This document shows, one piece after another, positions 25,581-39,589 of a DNA stretch of 64,000 nucleotides (positions within the stretch are counted from its first letter, which is position 1; every line of letters starts with the position of its first letter). Source of the DNA: Octopus vulgaris. Taxonomy: Eukaryota. Below the pieces are notes generated by a model. That model did no database searches. It had not been told where the DNA came from and worked only from the letters and a program-made list of their open reading frames with translations. The stretch spans positions 136,772,001 to 136,836,000 of the forward strand of contig OX597818.1 of assembly GCA_951406725.2 (NCBI GenBank), given 5' to 3'. The translations under genes and the position numbers were made by a program.

Positions 25581-25710
25581 GGTCAAAGCACTAATCCATG
25601 AAATAAGGTGTGATATAAGGAAGGCTTGAAGGGACTCAATAATAAGGACCTGAATAAGCTAAAGACCTTATCTTCAGCAATAAATTGTTGCTTACTATAA
25701 ATTACTATTA

Positions 25711-25943
25711 AAGGCGGCGAGCTAGCAGAAACGTTAGCACGCTGGGCGAAATACTTAGCAGTATTTCGTCTGTCGTTACGTTCTGAGTTCAAATTCTGCC
25801 GAGGTCGACTTTGCCTTTCATCCTTTCGGGGTCGATTAAATAAGTACTAGTTACGCACTGGGGTCGATATAATCGACTTGATCCGTTTGTCTGTCCTTGT
25901 TTGTCCTCTCTGTGTTTAGCCCCTTGTGGGTAGTAAAGAAATA
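25711..25943 (+). mobile_element. SINE family C, full length
   Basis: Matches 17196 and 60589 copies; TSD GTTGCTTACTATAA. Confidence 0.9.
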
Positions 25944-26062
25944 GTTGCTTACTATAAGTACTAATATAATTCTACTGCTTGTTTGTCAAAAACAAGGTAA
26001 ATTAACTAACCACTGAGATACAGACCCGTTTCTCGATATTTTAGTATAAAATCATCATACAT

Positions 26063-26472
26063 AGGCACAGGAGTGGCTGTGTGGTAAGTAGCTTGCTAAC
26101 CAACCACATGGTTCCGAGTTCATTCCCACTGCATGGCATCTTGGGCAAGTGTCTTCTGCTATAGCCCCAGGCCGACCAATGCCTTGTGAGTGGATTTGGT
26201 AGACGGAAACTGAAAGAAGCCTGTCGTATATATGTATATATATATATATGTGTGTGTGTGTTTGTGTGTCTGTGTTTGTCTCCCTAGCATTGCCTGACAA
26301 CCGATGCTGGTGTGTTTACGTCCCCGTCACTTAGCGGTTCGGCAAAAGAGACCAATAGAATAAATACTAGGCTTACAAAGAATAAGTTCCGGTGTCGATT
26401 TGCTCGACTAAAGGCGGTGCTCCAGCATGGCCACAGTCAAATGACTGAAACAAGTAAAAGAGAAAAAAGAGA
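26063..26472 (+). mobile_element. SINE family A, young subfamily
   Basis: Shares GGCATCTTGGGC, CCAATGCC and GTCACTTAGC variants with the 33078 and 55598 copies. Confidence 0.9.
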
Positions 26473-26813
26473 GTATAATAATAGATGTATCAAGCCTTGC
26501 CTTAGGCCCTCAACTCTCAATGGAGTTGTTGTAGTACTGTTGTGACATACAGCATCCCTTGGACTTAGTCAAACCCATCCCTCCCCAGATCTGATCACAG
26601 ATGGCTTATTAAGGTGGGAGGAAGAGAAGAAGGAAGAGGAGTAGAGAGAAAGGGAAGCACAGAACCCGGCACTGTTCTTATGGAAGGCAAAGCAAAGCCA
26701 GGTTACCTCAGTGGGATTAGAACACAGAACACCGATATAGAAATATATAAAAACATCAACACATGTGCACATGCATACATAATGAAGTCATATGATATAT
26801 ATATATATATATA

Positions 26814-27404
26814 CTAGCAGTATCGCCCGGCGTTGCTCGGGTTTGTAAGGAAAATAACTATATAAGCATTTTTAGAGAGTTATAGCCAAAAAAATAGCAA
26901 CAAAATGCATTAAAAATGGAAAAAAAATTATGGGAAATTTTTTTTTAAATCGTTGACTCCTCGTAGACATTTTTAGAGAGTTACTTCCCTTATATAATAG
27001 CGAAAAAAAATGCATTAAAATGGAAAAAAATGACGGTAAATTTTTAAAAATCGTTGACTCATCGTAGACATTTTTAGAGAGTTACTTCCCTTATATAATA
27101 GCGAAAAAAAATGCATTAAAATGGAAAAAAATGACGGTAAATTTTTTAAAATCGTTGACTCATCGTAGACATTTTTAGAGAGTTACTTCCCTTATATAAT
27201 AGCGAAAAAAATGCATTAAAATGGAAAAAAATGATGGTAAATTATTTTTAAAATCGTAGACTCATTGTAATACCCAGAAGGGCTCGATATGAATCACGAC
27301 TGTAAGATACCCGGTTTTGGTTAAACTGCACCGCAAAATGTGGGAGTAGTTAGGAATCTAAATCATAGGAGACAGACACACAAATTCACTTTTATATATA
27401 AAGA
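26814..27404 (-). mobile_element. Non-autonomous Helitron with internal 4x101-bp tandem repeat
   Basis: A|TCTTTATATATAAAAG start; CCCGAGCAACGCCGGG hairpin then CTAG|T end; repeat units at 26867, 26968, 27069 and 27170. Confidence 0.88.
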
Positions 27405-27585
27405 TATATATGTATACAAATAGGACACATGAAGAATCCATTCAACACGTATGTAAGGTTACATCAAGGTGGAAACTCCATTGTTCCTTCATTATCACAC
27501 TGCAACTGATATACACATGTGTGCATGTGCATGTGAGCATGTGCATTATAAATACACACACACATGGAAGCACACATGCATGTCA

Positions 27586-27657
27586 GTTATATATATATAT
27601 ATATATGTTATATAGATATATAGACATATGTACATACATAGTGATAGATAGGAATAA

Positions 27658-27702
<45 letters not shown>

Positions 27703-27704
27703 TG

Positions 27705-27740
<36 letters not shown>

Positions 27741-27750
27741 GCACACACAC

Positions 27751-27804
<54 letters not shown>

Positions 27805-27832
27805 GCACACACACACATATATATATACACAT

Positions 27833-27875
<43 letters not shown>

Positions 27876-27985
27876 TATATACACATGCACACATATATAT
27901 ATACATACACATGCACACACATATATATATATATATATATATGTTTGTATATATGCAAATACCCTCCCCACACACACACACCTGT
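27586..27985. repeat. Compound (AT)/(AC) microsatellite
   Basis: Direct inspection. Confidence 0.95.
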
Positions 27986-28319
27986 ACAATCATAGTTCAG
28001 AATACATTGAGGTAAACATGTTAACTAATTATAAAATGAGCTTCCGTTGCGATTGTCTTCTTTGCAGTTTAAGGGTGTAGCAATATGAGATCTAATTAAA
28101 GAATAGGAAAACCATGTATACAACTTTAAACATACATGACTGAAGGAAAGTATTTGGGAGCCTTAGGGGAATTAAACTAGAACATGGCTGAGAAATAAGA
28201 GGGGAGTAAGGAGGGAGCCTTGTCTCCATCACATACAAACACAGACAGAAGCAAATAAACATGACTACATATAAGGAAAGAATATATATATATATATAGG
28301 TGTATGTGAGTGTGTCTGT

Positions 28320-28678
28320 GTCTATGTCTGCATGCGTGTGTGTGTATATATATACACACACACACACATATATATATATATGTACATATCTATATATTAT
28401 ATATACACATACATATGTATATATACACATGTATACACACACGTATATACATATATATATATACATATATATAATAAAATAAATATGCATATATACATGT
28501 CTGCATGTGTGTGTGTGTATATATATACACACACACACACATATATATGTACATATCTATATATTACATATACACATACATATATATATATACACACACA
28601 TGTATTCACATACGTATATACATATATATAATAATATAAATATGCATATATACATGTCTGCATGTGTGTGTGTATATG

Positions 28679-28714
<36 letters not shown>

Positions 28715-28862
28715 CATATATATATGTACATATCTATATATTATATATACACATACATATATATATACACACACACACATGTATTCACATACGTATATAC
28801 ATATATATAATAATAATATAAATATGCATATATACATACGTATACTTACATACATGTCTACA
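28320..28862. repeat. ~160-175-bp higher-order repeat (x3) of AT/AC microsatellite
   Basis: Anchor ATGTCTGCATG and AAATATGCATATATACAT recur three times. Confidence 0.8.
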
Positions 28863-29005
28863 TGAATACATATGCACATGTGGGCACAGGACATTACAAA
28901 ACAAACAACAAATAATACGAAGTATGAGGACATGGAATAAGGGCTTTTTTTTTTGCAAGCAACAAAAGAAACAAATAGGAAACAAGACAAGCAAGACATA
29001 TACAT

Positions 29006-29040
<35 letters not shown>

Positions 29041-29072
29041 CATACACACACACGCATATGTATATACACACC

Positions 29073-29860
29073 ATCATCATCATTGTTGTTTAACGTCCGC
29101 TTACCATGCTGGCATGGGTTGGATGGTTTGAGTGCACCAGGCTCCAATCTGATCTGGCAAAGTTTCTACACCTGGATGCCTTTCCTAGTGCCAACAACTC
29201 CAGGAGTGTAGTGGGTACTTTTATGAGCCACTGGCACCTAGCCTTAAACTCCTCTGATACTGGCAAGAGGACTATGATAAATAGAAGGAAACTGAGCACT
29301 GGACCCTAGTAGACTCTTAACTGTACACTAAGTTCATCACTGTGCTCATTGCTAACTGTCACCTTGCTAACAACATCCTTGTACATGAATTGCATAGTTC
29401 TCACAAGCCATTCATCTGTTCCAAGCTTTTTCAGCAATAACCAGATCACTGAGCGAAGATTTCAGATGAAGGCTTTCTTCATATGCCAGATACAGCAGCT
29501 TACTGGCTTACTCTTAGATACTTCTGAAATTGTCTCACTAGAATGATGGCATCAGTAGTACTTCTTAGTATCAACTGAATTGCATCTCTTCCAAATTCAT
29601 TCTCTCCCTAACTAATTAATCTAGAATTCTTTCTGCTATTTTTCATGACCTGGTCCAGCAATTTGATACCCCTATAATTACCTCTCTCTAAAAGTTGCCC
29701 TACAAACAGTTGACTCTGCTACATCAGTCACTAAATATGATGCCTTCCTGTACAAACTGAATGATTATATAAGTAACTAGTCTATTTACCCGACCAGGTA
29801 TTTTAAGCACCTCAGCATTAATTCCTGATGGACCAGATGCTTTCCATACTTTCACAGCCT
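29073..29860 (-). pseudogene. RTE (BovB/Expander-like) reverse transcriptase relic joined to a family B tail
   Basis: KASGPSGINAEVLK...NYRGIKLLDQVMK...STTDAIILVRQ...LKKLGTDEWLVR...GPVLSFLLFIIVL with stops and frameshifts; tail 29073-29240. Confidence 0.88.
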
Positions 29861-30994
29861 TACAAATAAAATTTGGTGGATCTCAAGAATGATTCCAATA
29901 TGTTGTGTACAATGTTTGAATAGGCCTGTTGCAGGAATTTGTCACTCAAATTTCACTTTAGGTTTTATAACCATTTTTATGAAGTCCATCTCTTTTCTGC
30001 TCTGTACGTGTGTAAACTGAAATAACTTGCTCAGAATGTCCATAAGTTAAGGTTTTCAAATCCTATATTTAGACTACATTTCTTTCATTACTTGCCTCTA
30101 GTTGTTACTCATAAACTTACTAAGTTTCTAAACTTACTTGGGGAATATTATCTCAAGGTTTTGATATCACTGCTCTCATTTTCTTAATTTTTGAAATATC
30201 ACATAACTCTGTGTACTCTAGGAAATCTACCTCAATAAATTCTGTCTGATCTAAGCAAGTATGGAAAAGTGGTTGTTAAAAATGGTGAAGATCATACACA
30301 CACACACAAACAAACACACACACACAAACAGTAGCATGTGTATGCAATGAGAGATTCAGAGAATGAAGCTGCTTTTACAACTATTGTGCAATATCATGAT
30401 TAAGAAACACACACACACACACACACACATAAATTAATGAGAATATTTTTATAAATAAACATTGAAGCATCAAGTGAGTGATATATTTTTAGAAATTAAG
30501 AAAATCTCGAACATAGGAGAATAGCTGTGAAAACAGCTATTCTCCTGTGTTCAAAATTACATGTGTGTGTGTGTGTGTGAGGGATGTCTCATTTTCTGTT
30601 TACCAAATCAAATCCACCCACAAGGCTTTGGTTGACTCAGGGCTATAGTAGAAGACACTTGCCCAAGGTGACGCATGGTGGAACTGAATCTGAAGCCATG
30701 TGGATGGGAAGCAAACTCCTCAAACACAGTCGTGCCTGCATCTTATATGTATGTGTGTGCGTGCATGTCTGTAAGTGCCTTTTGCCCAGTCAGACTTGTT
30801 TGTAGAAGATGAGTCAAATGAGTCCATTGAGGCCAATCCTGTTACACTCTGGACTAAGCACTTCTCTGGATTATTACACAACAGTACACACTTGCACATG
30901 TACGTGCATGTTTCTATATATCTTGTGTGTATGGTTAGATGTACGGCCATTACAGTAAGTTAGAGCTCCATGTAAATTATCATTATCCATTCAG

Positions 30995-31090
30995 CTTCCA
31001 TTATGGTGGTTAGTCAACCATTATACTTCCATTATGGTGCTTAGTCAACCATTATACTTCCATTATGGTGCTTAGTCAACCATTATACTT
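30995..31090. repeat. 31-bp minisatellite x3
   Basis: CTTCCATTATGGTGCTTAGTCAACCATTATA repeated. Confidence 0.9.
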
Positions 31091-31192
31091 AACAGTGTTG
31101 CCAATTATGATATACAGTGCATATGCAGAGCAAAATTAAGATAAACACATTGCAGTTGTTCAGACTTAGCATTGGATGTTCCAAGTGCATTT

Positions 31193-31523
31193 TGAGAGCT
31201 CAAAATCTCTCGTGGAAGTGCCATCCAACCAAAATGCAAATATACGGGAAACTACCACCTGTGTCATCTCTTGTGAAAGGTAGGAGAGTCCAGTTTGCTG
31301 GACATTGTTGTAGAGCTGAAAAAGAAGTAATTTCTACTCTTCTCCTCTGGAAGCCATCTACTCGCAATACCAGAGGGCGCACACTCTCCTACCCTGGTGT
31401 AATCTCCAGGGATACAGGCATCCAGCAACAGGACCTCCGTAATGCCATGATGGACCGTGAAGTCTGGCGTAGCATGGTAAATTCCATTGTCTTGACCACG
31501 GTCGAACAATGATGATGATGATG
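31193..31523 (+). pseudogene. 5'-truncated copy of the same RTE/RTEX LINE as 22047-22623
   Basis: Near-identical peptide RAQNLSWK...TTVEQ*, (TGA)n tail, TSD TGCATTTTG. Confidence 0.92.
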
Positions 31524-31619
31524 CATTTTGGTTGCCTACCCTGATGATCCATTGCAGTTATGCTTCCAAAATGCATTTGAAACATTCAGTGTTGAGTTAC
31601 AGACAAAAGCAATGCTGAA

Positions 31620-31990
31620 ATCATCCTCATCATCGTTTAACGTCCGCTTTCCATGCTGGCATGGGTTGGACGGTTTGACTGAGGTCTGGAAAGCCAGCGG
31701 CTGCACCAGGCTCCTATCTGATCTGGCAAGGTTTCTACAGCTGGATGCCCTTCCTAATGCCAACCACTCCAAGAGTGTAGTGGGTGCTTTTTATGTGCCA
31801 CTGGAATGGGAACCAATCAGGTGGGCCTGGCATCGATCACATTTGGTTATTGGTTTTTTATGTGCCACCAACATGAGAACCAGTCAGGGGGCACTGGCAT
31901 CGACCATGTTTGGATGATGCATTTTACATGCCACTGGAACAGGAGCCAGTCAGTGGGCACTGGCCACAGCTATGATTTTGGTTTTACTTG
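31620..31990 (-). mobile_element. Family B tail
   Basis: Family motif and (GAT)n tail. Confidence 0.8.
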
Positions 31991-32049
31991 ACTATACAGA
32001 GAAACTAATAAGTTATACTAGTATTAATCTTAATTTTGCTTTTCTGTGC

Positions 32050-32410
32050 AGGCATGGATGTGTGGTAAGAAATTTGCTTCTCACTCATATGGTTCTGGGT
32101 TCAGTCCCACAGTGTAGCACCTTGGGCAAGTGTCTTCTACTATACTCCAGGCCAACCAAAGCCTTATGTGTGGATTTAGTGGATGGAAACTGCAAGCCCA
32201 TTGTATATACATATATGTGTGTCTCCCATCACCACTCGACAAGTGGTGTTGGTGTGTTTACATCCCTGTAACTTAGCAGTTGGCAATACAGACTGATAAA
32301 ATTAGTACTGGGCTAAAAAACATAAGTACTGGGGGTTGACCCATTTGACTAAAAGTTCTTCAAGATGGTGCCCCAGCATGACTGCAGTCTAATGACTGAG
32401 AGAAGAAAAA
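32050..32410 (+). mobile_element. Diverged SINE family A
   Basis: Head, CORE-like segment and tail recognisable. Confidence 0.8.
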
Positions 32411-32428
32411 ATAATATATATATATATC

Positions 32429-32750
32429 TCATCATCATCATCATCATTTAACATCCGTTTTCCATGCTAGCATGGGTTGGACGGTTCAACCGGGGTCTGG
32501 TAAGCCATAAAGGCTGCACCAAGCTCCAGTCTGATTTGGCAGTGTTTCTACAGCTGGATGCCCTTCCTAACGCCAACCACTCTGTGAGTGTAGTGGGTGT
32601 TTTTTACGTGCCACCGGCACAGGAGCCAGTTCAGGCTGGCAAACGGCCACGATCGGGTGGTGCTTTTTATGTGTCACCGACACGGACGCCAATCAGGCAA
32701 CGCTAGTAACTGCTACGCTCCAACGGTGCTTTTACGTGTCACCAGCACTG
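32429..32750 (-). mobile_element. Family B tail
   Basis: Family motif and (GAT)n tail. Confidence 0.8.
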
Positions 32751-32774
32751 ATATATATAGATAGATGGAGAAAA

Positions 32775-32807
<33 letters not shown>

Positions 32808-33077
32808 TAGATCAATAAAAGGCTTAAAAAACCCAACTTAATACCTAAAAACAAAGGGTAAATGCAAATACCCAACAGGAGATATGGCAGATGGGAGTTG
32901 GAGGGACAAGGGTGGGGTGTGGGTATTGATAAGACAGAAAAGTGATAAGAGATGACACTTTGTAGATGATGGAGAGAACGAAGATAAAAAAAATACTTTA
33001 GAAAAGTTGAAAACAGGGAAAAGAATAAGCAGAAGGGGGGGGGGATAAAAATAGAGAAATTTCAAAAACAGTATACT

Positions 33078-33493
33078 CTTACTCTTTTACTCTTTTACTT
33101 GTTTCAGTCATTTGACTGCGGCCATGCTGGAGCACCACCTTTAGTCGAGCAAATCGACCCCGGGACTTATTCTTTGTAAGCCCAGTACTTATTCTATCGG
33201 TCTGTTTTGCCGAACCGCTAAGTGACGGGGACGTAAACACACCAGCATCGGTTGTCAAGCAATGCTAGGGGGACAAACACAGACACAGAAACACACACAT
33301 ACATATATATATATACATATACATATATACGACAGGCTTCTTTCAGTTTCTGTCTACCAAATCCACTCACAAGGCATTGGTGGGCCCGGGGCTATAGCAG
33401 AAGATACTTGCCCAAGATGCCACGCAGTGGGACTGAACTCGGAACCATGTGGTTGGTTAGCAAGCTACTTACCACACAGCCACTCCTGCGCCT
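33078..33493 (-). mobile_element. SINE family A, young subfamily
   Basis: Full-length reverse complement. Confidence 0.92.
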
Positions 33494-34264
33494 ATATGTA
33501 TGTCTAGGAATGAAATAAAAGACAAAAAAAAAAAACTGAATTTGATTAGCTAAATAATAGTCATTAGTTTATTAGTAGAAAATATTTATTTGTGGTGTAC
33601 TGTTGTTACACTTGTATAAAAATATATATTCAGTCTTGCTTTAGAGAAGAATTTATGATAGGAACTAAAATTTTCAAAGAGAACAAATGGTATGATTGGT
33701 GCAATTTGTGTCACATGACTTTGTGTTAGTCTTCAAATGAAGGAGATGTCAAAATGGTTGCTCGATCTGCAAGAAATTACTTTGTGTCATGAGGTTGGGG
33801 GAGGGGCGTTGTGCGAGGATTTTGAGTTGCCAAGTAGGCGGATGACCCTGATATAGATCTGAAAATTTTGAGATAAAAGGACATCTATGTGGTTGGCCAA
33901 CCTGGTAGAAATAGCCACCAAAGCTCCCTCAAATCAAACCTCTCTGACTTATAGATGTAGAGTATACATCGGATAATGTAGCTATAGATACAAGCAAAAA
34001 GACTAGATTATATTGGCTGGAATATCTTTAATGAGTGGCCCACTTAACCAGAGCCAACCCAGGGTTAAACAACAACCAGTGCTATTTGAAGATTTAAAAT
34101 GCTTTCCTGTACATGCTCTAAGTTAGCAACCATACTTAATGTCTTTCCATATAGTCCATATGTTCTACATTATTTATAAATATAATCTGTTATGTCTACA
34201 TAACCATAATTAGTCTTGCTGAGTTAATGAGAGCATGTAATTAGAAAGTACATCACAGTAATAT

Positions 34265-34301
<37 letters not shown>

Positions 34302-34986
34302 TTCTCTGTCAGTTTTGATGATAAGTATGCATTTGTTCAATTAATAGAACTACCTACTTGTTAAATTAACCTGTAAGTGACGAAGCAGTATTCCATAAAC
34401 ACTTGTACTTTTATTGAAATGTTCAGGCTGAATCAATGTAACTTTGAATAAAACAAGTTCAATCCATACAGCAGGATTCCATACAGTTTCCCTCCTTCCA
34501 ATTTCAACCACAGTCGCATCAAGGTTCAGTCTTTGTTACGGTGTTGTGGTTTGTGGGGACTCAATGGCCCTGAGAGCCACATCAGTATAGTGCAAATCCC
34601 TGGCAGGGACCCCCATGCTGTACATAGTCAAAGGATAAAAGGCCAGGTTAATATGGGCTACTTCTTGCTATTGGTAAAAATGGGTTTCCCTATGGGCCAA
34701 CCAACAATCCTGCTTATAAAAAGATTCAAAGTTACTGAAGTGTGAACAACAATTCAAAACAAGACTAAGAAAAGGAAGGCCTTCAGAGAACTCCAGACAC
34801 ACAGATGGGGTGCGGGGAGCACTGCCTTGCAGGATTTTAATCAAACAAGTCAACCTCAGCCCTTATCCTTTTTTTAAGTCTGGGACTTATTGTATCAATT
34901 TCTTTTGCCAAATTACGAGTTTATGGGGATATAAACAAACAAAACCAGTTGTCAAATGGGGAAAGACACAAGCACAAATATATATA

Positions 34987-35370
34987 GGTGTAGGAGTGGC
35001 TGTGTGGTAAGTAGCTTGCTTACCAACCACATGGCTCCAGGCTCAGTCCCACTGCGTGGCACCTTGGGTAAGTGTCTTCTACTATAGCCTCGGGCCAACC
35101 AAAGCCTTGTGAGTGGATTTGGTAGATGGAAACTGAAAGAAGCCCATCATATATATGTACATATATATATGTATGCGTGTGTGTGTATATGCTTGTGTGT
35201 CGCTTGACAACTGATGCTGGTGTGTTTACGTCCCCGTAACTTAGCAGTTCGGCAAAAGAGGCTAATAGAATAAGTACTAGGCTTACAAAAAATAAGGCCT
35301 GGGGTCAATTTGTTCGACTAAAGGCAGTGCTCTAGCATGACCACAGTCACATGACTGAAACAAGTAAAAG
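34987..35370 (+). mobile_element. SINE family A, adjacent to older minus-strand A fragments (34810-34980, 35560-35700)
   Basis: Consensus match. Confidence 0.88.
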
Positions 35371-35386
35371 ATATATACATATATAT

Positions 35387-35435
<49 letters not shown>

Positions 35436-35962
35436 TAAAGACCCCCTTCAGTCATCAATGACCATGAGATTGCACTCAGAAAGTTACCTGCTGAGGCACA
35501 CGTCCGGGCAAAATTGTTTATGAAAGACCAGTCTGACGCTCTAACCACTGCACCACGCACAAACAATAGGTTTCTTTCAGTTTCCATCTACCAGATCCAC
35601 TCATAAGGCTTTGGTTGGCCTGGGTCTACAGTAGAAGACACTTGCCAAGTTCCACATGGTTGGGAAGCGAACTTCTTAACACACAAGCATGCTTACATCT
35701 ACAACATAATTTATCTCTGTTTATTAAGACATAAGCTTCCACATGATGCAAATGTTTCTCAAAGAGAATTGTTTCTTACCATTCTTGGGTTGCTGGACAG
35801 CATATTGAATTTGCAGCTCCCTCCCATTCTTGCTTATTACTCCAACAGTAAAGTAATCATGACAGAATTGCTAATCTATCTGTACTTGAGTGTTTTCATT
35901 CAAATATACCCATGCTTATTAATTGTTATTGTTGCTTAGTCCCAAGTCAGTTCTGATTCAAT

Positions 35963-36340
35963 GGATGGAAGCACTCCGTCGGTTACGACGACGAAGGTTC
36001 CGGTTGATCCGAATCAACGGAACAGCCTGCTCATGAAATTAACGTGTAAGTGGCTGAGCACTCCACAGACACGTGTACCCTTAACGTAGTTCTCGGGGAT
36101 ATTCAGCGTGACACAGAGAGTGACAAGGCCGGCCCTTTGAAATACAGGTACAACAGAAACAGGAAGTAAGAGTGAGAGAAAGTTGTGGTGAAAGAGTACA
36201 GCAGGGATCACCACCATCCCCTGCCGGAGCCTCGTGGAACTTTTAGGTGTTTTCGCTCAATAAACACTCACAACGCCCGGTCTGGGAATCGAAACCGCGA
36301 TCCTATGACCGCGAGTCCGCTGCCCTAACCACTGGGCCAT
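35963..36340 (-). mobile_element. tRNA(Arg)-like SINE family F, full body
   Basis: TGGCCCAGTGGTTAGGGCAGCGGACTCG head; TSD TGATTCAAT. Confidence 0.88.
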
Positions 36341-36946
36341 TGATTCAATAGAGTTCTACTCAAAGGCATTTCAACTTTGACCATCCTGTCTATTTAGGAA
36401 TGCCTAGAAGTACAAAGTTTAATATGTCCTTCTATCTTTGCTTTTAAGATGGTAGGATGCGATTTGAGATATATTTGACTGCTATTTCTAGAATCAGCTC
36501 CATTAGCTCGTAAATCATTATTTTTATACAGCTACTAATAATGATAAGCACTTTAATAATTAGATGACTTTCACAAAGAAAAGTTCAGTAACGAGATAAC
36601 AGAAATTCTGATGTTTTTGGTTCTATTACTCACCCACTGCCTCTTTTTTTATCATTTTTTTTTCTGTAATAAAAGTCAACAGATTGCATTAGCATATTTT
36701 GTCCTTCTAAGTCATTAATTCCAAAAGAACAAAGCCCTTATTGGAAATGGCATCTGGGTCTATGCTACATAATTAAACTCAACAACACTTCAGCTATCCT
36801 TGTAATTTCACCAACGACATTTATCTTGGCATCTAATTAACAAATACTCTTTATTCATTTAATATTTTAAATATATGTTTATAAATTCCATAGATTTGTG
36901 TATGCTATTATTTCCATAAGTTATTTACCAAATACAGATAACTTAC

Positions 36947-37137
36947 AGACCAGTAATTCCTAAATTATCTGATTGGAGCAAAATGCTGTTGTGGTTGTTA
37001 TTATCCACCATACTAATGGCAGCACCAATATAACAGTTGTGTCAGATTATTATCACATTTGCAAAGACAGATGGTTTCACAGATCTGATTTGTAAAAACA
37101 TTCTTCACTGTTGGAACGTTAGAAAGTGGTGCAGTAT
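36947..37137 (-). other. Candidate exon (191 nt)
   Basis: Unique sequence between TTCTAATTATAG and GTAAGT; contains agtATGg opening MVDNNNHNSILLQSDNLGITG; no homology recognised. Confidence 0.3.
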
Positions 37138-39061
37138 CTATAATTAGAAACATTACAGTAATTTAGTCACACACCTCTCTGTCTTAGGTTCAAATCTCAC
37201 CAGAACTAAATTGGCCTTCCCTCCCTGCAGAATGTTTTGTTGTTATTTAACCCCAAGTCAGTCCTGATCCAGCAGACCTATGATCTGTGACCATCCTGTC
37301 TTATTTTATCAATGTATTCTTCCTTTATAAAGACAATACAGAGTTGCTTGTTTTTTTTCTGCAGGGAAGAAGGTAGATTTGGCTGCTAGGTCTAGCTGTT
37401 CAAGCATCCATGTAGACATTCTTTTGCTGGCTTATCCCTTTGGGAATTTTTGCTGTTTAGCCACAAGTAAAATCTAGCCAATTAGACCTATGATCAAAGG
37501 TATTCCAACAATGACTCTCCTGTCTTTTGAAACAATTTATGAACTACAGTCTAATCATGTATTCTCTATTATCTTGAAGATGGTATTGCATGATTTGAGA
37601 GAAATTTAGCTATTATTTCTAATAAATTAAGTAGCCACATAGAGGCATGCTCAGTAGCACATCCTTCCTGGGATTGATAAAATAGATACCAGTCAAATGC
37701 TTTGGTCTGATTAACTGATCTCATATTTCCCTTTGTGCCAATGTATAACAATACATTAATCTGAATGGTACATTCCAAGAATACTATATTAAAATATTTT
37801 GGAATATTATATTCTGTATCAGAAATTACAGTTTGTTTTTCTGTAAAACCATTTTGGAACTTTCATCTCCAAACAACCAGAGTTGAAATTTTGAACATTC
37901 ACAGACAACATCATTCCCTCCAGTTCATAACAAAAACACAGTTGTTTATTATCTTTGGCTCCTGTTACAGCTTGTTTATTACAGAGCTTCTCTGGTTTAT
38001 CTTGTATACGGGAAGTATATAGCTTTGAGGGAATTGAAAACCAGAGGAATATATTGACACAGGATTCTACAAAAGATCTGGCAAGATAGAAAGTACAAAA
38101 GGAAAAATGAAAGAGAAAATAGGGCAAGAGAGAGAGACAGGGAAAATGGAGTAAGAGAAGAGGGAGATGGGTAGTTAGGCAGTTAGATAGACAGAAAGGT
38201 AATTTGATATATATAGGAAGATAGATAGAAAGATAAATATGAATAGAGAGAGAGAGAGAGAGCGCTGTAGAGAAGCAATATTGCATGCAATTTGTCTAAT
38301 TTATAGAAAAGACAGAAGCCAAGTAAGGTTAATTGAGTGTGTGAGAACAATGTTAATGTAGGTATACTAGATCAAGTGTTTGACCTCTTTTAGTGATCAT
38401 AGATATCCATTAATGGGCGAGTTGTGTTAATTACTTAAGAGGGTGGAGAAATGGCAGTTGAGAAGATTCTACTACATATCTGGGCATTATTTATAAGTGG
38501 AATTAGAAAGGTGGTGAGCCGGAAGAACTGTTAGCATGCCGGACAAAATGCTTAGCAGCATCTCATCCATCAACAAAAAATAGCAACCAAAACTCCCTCA
38601 CATCACACTCCATTATGTTAAGAAAATAACCCACAATTGATAAAGTAGGCCTGGGTTCCCAGCACAGAAATATGAGATGGTTAAGGCCGGAATGCTGTAG
38701 ATCATAGGTTTGCTCAATCAGGGCTGACTTAGAACTACTTCAGCAGCCATCGTTAACAATCTACTCCAAGCAATGCTATCACTACCATTAAACTCTTACT
38801 ATCATAACAAAATATGTTAATGAAGGGGCCTCTATGTGGTTCCTCAACCTGCCAGAAATAGCACCAAAATCATACTCTTGATAAAAAAGCACATTAAAAT
38901 ATAGTTCTGCAAACCACCGAATGATTCACAAGGAAGGACTGAATATGCAGATGGTGCACTCCAGTCTACCCTTGGGGAAGTTCCTGGCAAGAAACCAAAC
39001 TAGAAGCAGTATTGAGGGAAGCACATTGTCCAGTTGTGCGATCAACATGCTCGGGAGTCTA

Positions 39062-39585
39062 CATCATCATCATCGTTTAACGTCCACTTTCCATGCTAGC
39101 ATGGGTTGGACGGTTCAACTGGGGTCTGGGAAGCCTGAAGGCTGCACCAGGCCAGTCAGATCTGGCAGTGTTTCTACAGCTGGATGCCCTTCCTAACGCC
39201 AACCACTCCGAGAGTGTAGTGGGTGAATTTATGTGCCACCGACACAGGTACCAGACGAGGCTGGCGAACGGCACGCTGGATGGTGTTTTATGTGCCACCG
39301 CACAGGTGCCAGACGAGGCTGGCAGACGGCCACGCTCGGATGGTGTTTTTATGTGCCACCGACACAGGTGCCAGACGAGGCTGGCAGACGGCCACGCTCG
39401 GATGGTGTTTTTTGTGCCACCGACACAGGTGCCAGACGATGGTGGATGGTTTTTATGTGCCACCGACACAGGTGCCAGACGAGGCTGGCGAACGGCCACG
39501 CTCGGATGGTGTTTTTTATGTGCCACCGACACAGGTGCCAGACGAGGCTGGCGAACGGCCACGCTCGGATGGTGTTTTTTTATGT
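39062..39585 (-). mobile_element. Family B tail with 62-bp repeats (same subfamily as the 12.5-kb array)
   Basis: Near identity to 12511-12870. Confidence 0.88.
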
Positions 39586-39589
39586 ATTA

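Noticed and set aside
26000-26060. Minus-strand TGATGA...GAAAC-GG-GTC hammerhead-like motif
   Set aside because: Core C missing, stem II does not abut GAAA, and stem I cannot be formed convincingly
24030-29147. Long YI/HT/CV-rich ORFs
   Set aside because: Translations of dinucleotide microsatellites
36270-36342. tRNA-Arg gene (also 20245-20318 and 59371-59445)
   Set aside because: SINE heads continuing into SINE bodies; acceptor stems incomplete
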